A stretch of DNA of 64,000 bases, taken from NCBI GenBank assembly GCA_000002445.1, contig CM000207.1, forward strand, positions 1,472,001-1,536,000. Reading direction: 5' to 3'. A program made the position numbers and the translations under genes. Source of the stretch: Trypanosoma brucei. Its lineage: Eukaryota. The notes below the pieces were generated by a model. That model was given only the letters and a program-made list of their open reading frames with translations, was not told where the DNA came from and did not search any database. The number at the start of each line of letters is the position of its first letter. Within the stretch, counting starts at the first letter, position 1. Below, piece after piece: positions 57,048 through 64,000 of this stretch.

Positions 57048-58164
57048 TCCACCTCCCCGCTATCCCTTCTAACACCTTTACGCTCCGCCACTCACTCGCG
57101 TAGGTCCTATTGCTACTGTTGGTATTCCGCGGAGGTGGTAAAATCAAGAGAAAGAGGAAGCAAAGACGGGTTTTAGGTACGGAGAGAAATTGTGTATAAA
57201 CAGGGTGATGCATGTACTAAACTCATCTGTCGCCTCGTGTTCAGGAACACATATTCGGCCCTATAGCCCCAATTGAACCCACGGCCCATGACTTTCATCA
57301 GGTCTGCGCCGTCACACACACAAAAAAAAACGAAATAAATCAGGTGGGTGCTCTAATGCGAGTACGTCACGGAAAACACATATAGTACAAAAGAGGAGAA
57401 TGGGCCAGAAGAAGGATTGGAGGAGAGGTAAAAAGAGCAGAGTTTGCGGTAAGACCATCAATCTTTTTCTTTTATGCGTTCCCTTCCCTTATGTGGATCA
57501 CCGTCTTCATTCCCCATGGCCACCGGCTATGTTCGCCGCCGTCGCCGCCCCCACCCCCTCCACAACTCAGCGGTCACTTTTTTTTTTTTCGTCGCACCTG
57601 TGCAACCAGGGACAAGTGCAGCCGACTATCGGTTCTAACGGTGTTAACAAACACCCCCAAAACAAATAAACAAACAAGCGAAAGGCAGCGGGACATTTGG
57701 CTGACTTTAATTTATCTTTTCCCTCAAGTTGCTCTCGTCCTTCCGTCTCGTTTCTCTCTGTTTCCCAACGTACCGCTTCCCCTCCTTCCCAACTCCCACT
57801 TCATTTCTTCTTCACTTCTAAATGCTATCAGGCACCTTCCGCAGGTTCTTCTTCATTTCCAGTGTGATAGCGAGAGTTCAAACCGATCATTGCTAAAGGA
57901 AGCGTTTCCGTCACGAATCCCCCCCCACACACTTACAGAGGGTTAACGACAGAACCCTCGTGGTTCAGCTGCGTGCCTCTTTTTTTTTTCTCTTTATCGT
58001 TGAAAACCGCTGCGTGACGAAACAAATCCGAAGGAAAATTTCTTTCGGGGAGATAGCGACGTATATTTGCTGCTGAAACAATCTGAAAAATCACCGAGTA
58101 AATCAAACCGAGAATGTACAGGTGTTTCTTTTTTTTTTCTTCTTTCCTTCCTTCGGACCAAACC

Positions 58165-58971
58165 TCAAGCGTGTAAATTGTTAAGATAAAAGTCTACGAG
58201 CTGATGCCGAAAAGACACATTTTTGAGGATGTTTACTCTCCCCCTCGACCGAAACAACTGCACACAGCTGATTGGTCCCATGTGATAATACTGCATTAAA
58301 TAGGCAATGCAAAGTGTGACGCTGCGGTTGACGCCTGCGACACAATGAACGTATACTCGGTGACCGTTTCGCAGCGCGTCGGTAACAATCTCTGCAAATC
58401 GATCATAACAATGAAAAATAATCAAATAATCGCTACAGTCCTCTGCGTAGAAATCATGTACTACAAATCCCGTGGGTAAAACGACACGCGTGTCAAGTTC
58501 TCTCGCACAGCAGTTGATGATGACATCAATGCCCTCCCGTTTCAAGATCTCTAATATTTCCTCATCTGGGAAGCCACCAACATAAAGACCATCCATAAGG
58601 GGCGTCACATCAGGCGTTATGTGCCTGAAAGGGTCCATTTTCATTATTGAGAGCTCGGTGTCAAGGGCGGCGCGGAGCTGCAATTCCTCCTTCATAACTT
58701 GTGGAGTGCTGAGTGCAGCCTGCAACTGAGTCGAACCCACTCGTGACGCTTTAGGGGTCAAAAGCTGAGTTGGACGGGCCTCCGCCGCCATTGCATTCCA
58801 CTCTGGCTGCACCCAACAATCCAGAGGCGTGTGGCCATGACATGATGGTCGAGGCGTTGGAGGTGAGCAGCTCACCTCCGTTGGGTAGTCAAACAGCCTG
58901 TGGTAACAAATAAATGGCGTGCCACCGGGGGAGGTGCTGTCGCGTGAAGGCGAGGCGGAGGGAGTGGCCAT
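58165..58971 (-). CDS. Dual-specificity protein phosphatase
   Basis: 268 aa. Catalytic loop VHCVAGVNRSVTLCIAYLM (HCxxGxxRS). Confidence 0.7.
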   Translation of the reverse strand: MATPSASPSRDSTSPGGTPFICYHRLFDYPTEVSCSPPTPRPSCHGHTPLDCWVQPEWNAMAAEARPTQLLTPKASRVGSTQLQAALSTPQVMKEELQLRAALDTELSIMKMDPFRHITPDVTPLMDGLYVGGFPDEEILEILKREGIDVIINCCARELDTRVVLPTGFVVHDFYAEDCSDYLIIFHCYDRFAEIVTDALRNGHRVYVHCVAGVNRSVTLCIAYLMQYYHMGPISCVQLFRSRGRVNILKNVSFRHQLVDFYLNNLHA

Positions 58972-59544
58972 GTTTCGCCACAGGCCCTGTGTACGGGAAC
59001 AGCTCCTCTGTTAATTATATTTATGTATCTTCTTTGTTGTATGATAATATTAGTAATCTATTTAAAGTTACTTGCTCTGTTCCTTTCCTGCGACAGTTTG
59101 TGGTTGCTTGGGTGACCCGTCCAACAGAGGCACAAAACCTTCCGCCAACTTTGCACACCGACTAGTAAGGACAAACCAGAAGGAGGAAATACTGTTGAGT
59201 CCCCCCTCCTCTACTACTTAAAAAGTAAGTTGAATGGTTCACATAAAATCGTGAGGCAAAGATGAGGGCTCGCAGTTCCAAGGGGAAAACAGTGAGGCGT
59301 GACAAACAAGCGGGTAAAAACACATCAACATGGGCCGGTGAAGGAGGCTTGCGTAACGGCGCATAGGTTTCTTGGGAGGTATAGTGATATTTTGCTTGTC
59401 GGATGATTTCGTGCCAACAACGCGCCATAGTAACACGAGACCTTATTGCTTTTAAACGAACGAGGGTGCTTTGGATGGAAATGTAGGAAGCTGAGGGTGC
59501 TTGTCGAGAACGGTAGATCGATGAACCTACAAAACCACTTCCTA

Positions 59545-59880
59545 TTACAGTTCGTGCATCATGTATATCCGTGCCTTTTTCCGGTGCTTTGGACTCAGTT
59601 TCCGTATGGCTTTATCGTTTTTGATCTTCTGAACCACCATGTTTTTCTTCTCGTTTTCTGCTTTCCGGTCCAAGTTCGCCTTACGGGACTCGCGTGCCCG
59701 CTTCTCTTCGTTGTTTATCTCGTCACGAAGCTTAGTTGACAGCTCACGCACCCGCTGAAGACGCTCCTTCTTTCTTTGTTGTATCTTGAAGGCACGTTCC
59801 GCTTCTTTCGGGTTCCTAGCTCTGGAACGCTGCGGCTTCCTCGGAGTCTTCCCAAGTTTGCGCTGCTCTAACTTCGACAT
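59545..59880 (-). CDS. Small basic nucleolar-type protein, Cgr1/CCDC86-like (start at internal Met)
   Basis: Longest ORF extends to 60045 (166 aa), but its first 55 aa are low-complexity Cys-rich (CVCCCCRC). The homology-bearing part starts at MSKLEQRKLGK…. C-terminal …ENEKKNMVVQKIKNDKAIRKLSPKHRKKARI resembles CCDC86 …[27 protein letters not shown]. Confidence 0.4.
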   Translation of the reverse strand: MSKLEQRKLGKTPRKPQRSRARNPKEAERAFKIQQRKKERLQRVRELSTKLRDEINNEEKRARESRKANLDRKAENEKKNMVVQKIKNDKAIRKLSPKHRKKARIYMMHEL

Positions 59881-60607
59881 GCTTTCCCCCCTTTTTTTCG
59901 AGACGCTGATGCGATTCGCTTTGGTACGAATGAAGGAACGCGCAACACTGATGAGGCGTGTGCCACCGCCATGGGAGATACAAACAGGAAGAAGAGGGAG
60001 CGTACAACGACAACAGCAACAAACACATGTATACACATACTTCAATAAATAAATGAAACAGGCTTGACGCCATGAGTGTTACGAGGCGTAAGGTACTTCC
60101 AGAAGTGTCAGCAAGCCAAGGCGCCATCAAGCGGTCTCGCTGACAACAAGAACAGTAAATTAGACGGCCCTGTGGAAGGCCGTACGGTTTTTTTTTTGAT
60201 TCTTCACAATGTCTTAACCGTAATACACGCGGTGCATTACGACCTTACCTGTTCGGCAGTTGTAAGGTGTTATACCCTGGAGGAGGGGGGAAGGGCCAAA
60301 AAAAAAAGATTTAATAAAAATCTATTCACCACTGACAAGCACCTCCAAGAGAAATGGTGCTCCCTTATTCCCAATTTACTCTTCCTACCGCATTGCTTCC
60401 CCTCGTCAAAGGGGTTCCTGCTCCCTTTTTGGCCGTCCATTCCCCAGTCTGTATTATCGCGTTCTTTCCACCCGGACGCTTCCCATTGAACAGCAGGCGA
60501 TTCTGGGGAAACCTTTTCGCACGTAAGTGTCGTGCGACAACCAAGTGAGAGAGCAGTAGCCGACGCAGGAACAATATTATCAATTCCCCCAACATCACTA
60601 CACTTCC

Positions 60608-62080
60608 CTAGAGCCGGCGCAGGCTGGCTTTCAGAAGTCGCTTTTCATTCTTGGACCCAACCTGCATTTGCAGGTAATTCTTATACATTTTCTTATATAC
60701 CGCTTCGATCTCGGGTCCCATGGCATCCACGATATCGTTGGCCCGCTGTGGTACTGTTGTGAGTTTCTGAATGTGGTTCTTCACCTGCTTATTGTCTCCC
60801 TCAAAAACCAAGTGCAGCAGGTCGCGCACCTCCTCATGGAGGTTCATAAGTTTGCGTGCGCTGGGAACGCCACTTCCGACCTTCTCCAGTAATTCCTCTA
60901 GTGCCTTGTCGATCTCTTCGATATGAAGAAAGAGGAAGTACGAAATGACTTTGTACTCCGTGGGAGACGCTAGCTGTAACGTGCCTTCACCTTGGTGGTG
61001 CCCCAAATGGGCTGCGTCGTACTCGTCCAGCAGCCGGACACCGTTTTTTACCAAATATTCATGGAGAACTTCGATGTCGCTGTCGTCGAAGAAGTTTCTT
61101 AGGAAGGTAATGTTCTTATCAATCTCCACACAACGTGTAATGAAGTCTGGGTATGATGGAAGGTTCAGCGAGGCGTTTTCGTCTGTGTTTGGTGGCAGCA
61201 TACCCAGAGAAACCAGTAACCTGACAAGGTAACGACGTGAATCACGCCGTTCAACATACTTTTGATCCTCCGGAATTCCCAAGTGCTTCAGAAAACTTTC
61301 TAAACGCTCCCTTCCTCGTTGAATGTGCCGCAGTTGTTGTGAAATACCTCCTTGATCCCTGAAATTGTACCATATGGCTACGGGAACGGCGACAAGAATG
61401 CCAAGGAGACCAAATAGGACAAGCCCATCGTGTTCTCGGGAAGTGAGAAAACGCGGCAGAGCAACCCCGACAGTGAACTCGTGAGTGTTTTTTGCCTCTT
61501 CCTCCTCGAATGCTTCCCTGTCCACGAGAGCCTTGTATGCTCGACGGACTTGCACATAAATCAAACGCGCCTCCTCAGTTTTATTGTGATCGGGGTGATA
61601 CCGCCTCGAGAGCATTCGATAAGCCTTTTTAATTTCTCCTGTTGAGGCGGTCGTCGACACTCCAAGAATGGCATGGGCATCGAAGGTCAATGTGACGTAC
61701 ATTGCGGAAGAAAATAGAACAACCCAAAGCCAGAGGATAAAAATCTTCGGCCGGATGATGAAGCGGAGGAAGCGAGGGAGTAAAGAAGTGAAGAAAAAAT
61801 GCTTCTCCTTGATGCAGATACGGGCACCCACAGGTAGCATCGAGGGTTCTGTTAGTATCTTCGCTGCGACAAGAGGCACGTATATGATAGATTTCCACAT
61901 ATCTTCCAGTGGGTTGTTCATCATCCTTTGCCTTTTACTCGGTGTTGTATAATATTCAATGATACTCCGCACGTGTCTGATCACCCAAGGGATGTACACG
62001 ATGGTTACGATAACCGACACAATGGCGAAGCAGAATGAAATGAAGCTTTCATCACTTCCACCAATTCCACTTTCCACCAT
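60608..62080 (-). CDS. DnaJ-domain polytopic membrane protein, Sec63-like
   Basis: 490 aa. Topology TM1-TM2-J domain (DAHAILGVSTTASTGEIKKAYRMLSRRYHPDHNK)-TM3-cytosolic tail matches Sec63 architecture. Confidence 0.5.
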   Translation of the reverse strand: MVESGIGGSDESFISFCFAIVSVIVTIVYIPWVIRHVRSIIEYYTTPSKRQRMMNNPLEDMWKSIIYVPLVAAKILTEPSMLPVGARICIKEKHFFFTSLLPRFLRFIIRPKIFILWLWVVLFSSAMYVTLTFDAHAILGVSTTASTGEIKKAYRMLSRRYHPDHNKTEEARLIYVQVRRAYKALVDREAFEEEEAKNTHEFTVGVALPRFLTSREHDGLVLFGLLGILVAVPVAIWYNFRDQGGISQQLRHIQRGRERLESFLKHLGIPEDQKYVERRDSRRYLVRLLVSLGMLPPNTDENASLNLPSYPDFITRCVEIDKNITFLRNFFDDSDIEVLHEYLVKNGVRLLDEYDAAHLGHHQGEGTLQLASPTEYKVISYFLFLHIEEIDKALEELLEKVGSGVPSARKLMNLHEEVRDLLHLVFEGDNKQVKNHIQKLTTVPQRANDIVDAMGPEIEAVYKKMYKNYLQMQVGSKNEKRLLKASLRRL

Positions 62081-62370
62081 TGTTTCTCGTTACGTTGTCG
62101 TGGCAATATAATTCTTTTTCTTATCCTTAGGTAACTTATTTCCTCCTGCTTATATCTTTTGGTTAATCCTACCCTTTGGAAATCTTTTATCCCTCGTATT
62201 TACTGAATCTTCGTGTAGCCTTTAAGGGTTCAGCCACCTTTCCTTTAAAAATCGCAAACCAAAATATATTATGACCGCAAATCCCACTAATATATAAGGC
62301 AAATGGGGGCAGAAATGCACAGCTGCAGTGTCAAACGGTTCTCCGTCGCGCGATTGCGAACTTCCGCACC

Positions 62371-62372
<2 letters not shown>

Positions 62373-62402
<30 letters not shown>
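62373..62402. repeat. (CA)15 dinucleotide microsatellite
   Basis: Read directly. Accounts for the spurious VCVCVC ORF at 62222..62452. Confidence 0.95.
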
Positions 62403-62404
<2 letters not shown>

Positions 62405-62758
62405 ACAGAATTGATGACGAGGTTGATTACGCAGAAGGCGCTCACCCAACACGGCCGGAGACAGAAAGTGTATTGGGCACGATTCGGAGCGGCAAACCCG
62501 TCCATATTAATTCAGTCCTTCCAAACCATGTCACTTGCCAACGCCGGCATGTCATGGGGAAGAATGAATGGAATACGAAAACCTCATGAAGTGTGCGGCG
62601 CTTTCTCGAGACTTCCCCGCCAGCGGTACCGCCTTCTCTGGTGGTTGAGATAATCTCCTCTTTAGAGTGGTTGAAGGAAACACACCATACGATATCACAC
62701 CAACCCGCAGTAGTAAAGTAAGTAGTGGCATTGGGCGACATTGAAATAACCAAGAGCA

Positions 62759-63562
62759 CTACGGTTCCTCATCGGCTTCCTCACTCTCCTCCGTCTCTTC
62801 CTCCTCTTCTGCAGTATCATTCTCTTTTTTCTCCTCTTCTGGTTCACTTTCTTCCTCATCCTCTTCTTCCTCCGTGCAACTCTTGTCAAGTCCGTCCCTG
62901 TTAGTAAGTAACGGATGCATTATGAGTTCCGCTATTGTCGGTCGAGCGTGTGCGTCTTCCTGCAGACACTGCATGACAAAGCTCACAACGGAAGAGCTCA
63001 ACGACGACACCTCCGGTGAGATGATGTCCAACTCTACCAGGTCCTCTGTTTCATACACCTTCCCTGCCGGTGCAACAAGTTGCAGCAAAACAGCCCCCAG
63101 ACCCCATATGTCGGCGCTGTAATCAAACGGCGATGCCCGCATTATTTCCGGTGCACAGCAGCGCCACACTTCTTGCCCTACATCACTGGAAGGATCAAAC
63201 AAGTCTATGGTGAGAACTTGCTGTAGCAGAACGATCCGCCCAGATGCACTATGCCGGCGCAACACTTCAGGGCGGAGGTGCCCATGGACTAATTTACGCA
63301 TGTGCAGGGCGTGCAGCGCCCGCATCAGTCCCATTATGACCATACACGCATCTTCCTCCCCCATCGGAAGTTCAAGGGGCTCTAGAATACCGTCAGTGGG
63401 CTCCTCTGCGGTAACAAGTAGATAACGTGGTGAGAGCCGCGCTTCCTTGTACCTAACCATCGAGTCGACTGAAGGCCACTGGTTTAGTTGTTCGATTCTC
63501 CGCTGCACTACCTTCACCTTCTCAACAAAAATGTCATACTTTTCTATCTTGATGTCCAGCAT
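62759..63562 (-). CDS. Protein-kinase-like (pseudokinase) domain protein with acidic C-terminal tail
   Basis: 267 aa. C-lobe motifs present but degenerate: LVHGHLRPEVL (for HRDLKPEN; Asp→Gly), DLF (for DFG), CCAPE, DIWGLG, HARPT. No glycine-rich loop or VAIK. E/D-rich tail. Confidence 0.5.
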   Translation of the reverse strand: MLDIKIEKYDIFVEKVKVVQRRIEQLNQWPSVDSMVRYKEARLSPRYLLVTAEEPTDGILEPLELPMGEEDACMVIMGLMRALHALHMRKLVHGHLRPEVLRRHSASGRIVLLQQVLTIDLFDPSSDVGQEVWRCCAPEIMRASPFDYSADIWGLGAVLLQLVAPAGKVYETEDLVELDIISPEVSSLSSSVVSFVMQCLQEDAHARPTIAELIMHPLLTNRDGLDKSCTEEEEDEEESEPEEEKKENDTAEEEEETEESEEADEEP

Positions 63563-64000
63563 AGGCAGCTACACAAGTCCTAAACATTCACGTACGTTAC
63601 TCAAGGACAGGTGTCCACAGGAAGCACCGAGAAAGGGGAAGCATTGACGTGGTCACTTCTCTCACTGTTGAAGCATCAGAACATTTAAGTTATACGTCGC
63701 ATTCCGAGTGTCTAATTCGGGTGTGTGTAGCTCACTACGCTTCGATACAGGCTAAAAGGACACGTGTTGTGTCCGCCTCTGCGCTTACCGGCCCTCTTTT
63801 AATAACAATCAAAACACTATAGGAGAATCATCCTCTCGAAAAGGCGTTTAACCTGATTATCACTCGTACCCCGTACCACACAAAACACTGATTCCTCACG
63901 AGCGGACCCTTGTTCCCCCTGTATCCTTCAGTGCGCCATCCTTTCCGCTCTTACAACTTTTATCACCAAAGCAGCTGTTGTCCGGAATGAGATCCTCCTC

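Noticed and set aside
59881-60045. N-terminal 55-aa Cys-rich extension (MKYVYTCVCCCCRC…) of the small basic protein ORF
   Set aside because: Encoded by low-complexity (TGT/TGC-rich) sequence upstream of a better start (MSKLEQ…). Treated as non-coding 5' region rather than a zinc-binding domain.
62222-62505. ORFs encoding VCVCVCVC / CVCVCVC peptides
   Set aside because: Pure translation of the (CA)15 microsatellite at 62373-62402; not genes.
1-64000. Operon-like or bacterial defence-island interpretation; CRISPR arrays
   Set aside because: Gene content is uniformly eukaryotic (proteasome, kinesin, cyclophilin-40, SNAP50, PACRG). No direct-repeat/spacer arrays are present. The organisation is kinetoplastid polycistronic, not prokaryotic.

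Overview
This window reads as a chromosome-internal segment of a kinetoplastid (Trypanosoma-like) genome. Every convincing protein-coding ORF (29) lies on the minus strand, so the whole window sits inside one unidirectional polycistronic transcription unit. Genes are intron-less, packed at 0.3-1.6 kb spacing, with purine-rich plus-strand stretches (polypyrimidine tracts on the transcribed strand) upstream of each start. Recognisable products include: a TTLL-type tubulin ligase, an MCM8/9-like helicase, the meiotic recombinase DMC1, an ATOM40/porin-like beta-barrel protein, proteasome alpha-1, a histidine-phosphatase (PGAM-like), an OS-9/Yos9-like MRH lectin, a tandem-BRCT protein, a 1424-aa AMP deaminase with a duplicated catalytic domain, SCAMP, cyclophilin-40, a GAPDH-like protein, glycine-cleavage H protein, a divergent HSP70, kinesin-13, PACRG, katanin p80, SNAP50, a dual-specificity phosphatase, a Sec63-like J-protein and a kinase-like protein. 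The gene order (DMC1 - ATOM40 - proteasome alpha - CYP40 - PACRG) matches my recollection of T. brucei chromosome 9 (Tb09.211.* loci); I could not verify this. No tRNA, rRNA, SL RNA or snoRNA tandem cluster was found by eye, and I could not run tRNAscan or covariance models. The main anomaly is a ~6.1 kb block (43.7-49.8 kb) with no credible ORF on either strand. It interrupts the otherwise tightly packed array and contains a GC-rich island, a telomere-like TAGGGTTAGGG+G10 motif, and a switch in strand composition followed by a chain of short frame-alternating plus-strand ORFs; its nature is unresolved. Other notable features are catalytically degenerate domains in the AMP deaminase, the GAPDH-like protein and the kinase-like protein, and long G/C homopolymer hairpin elements in intergenic DNA.
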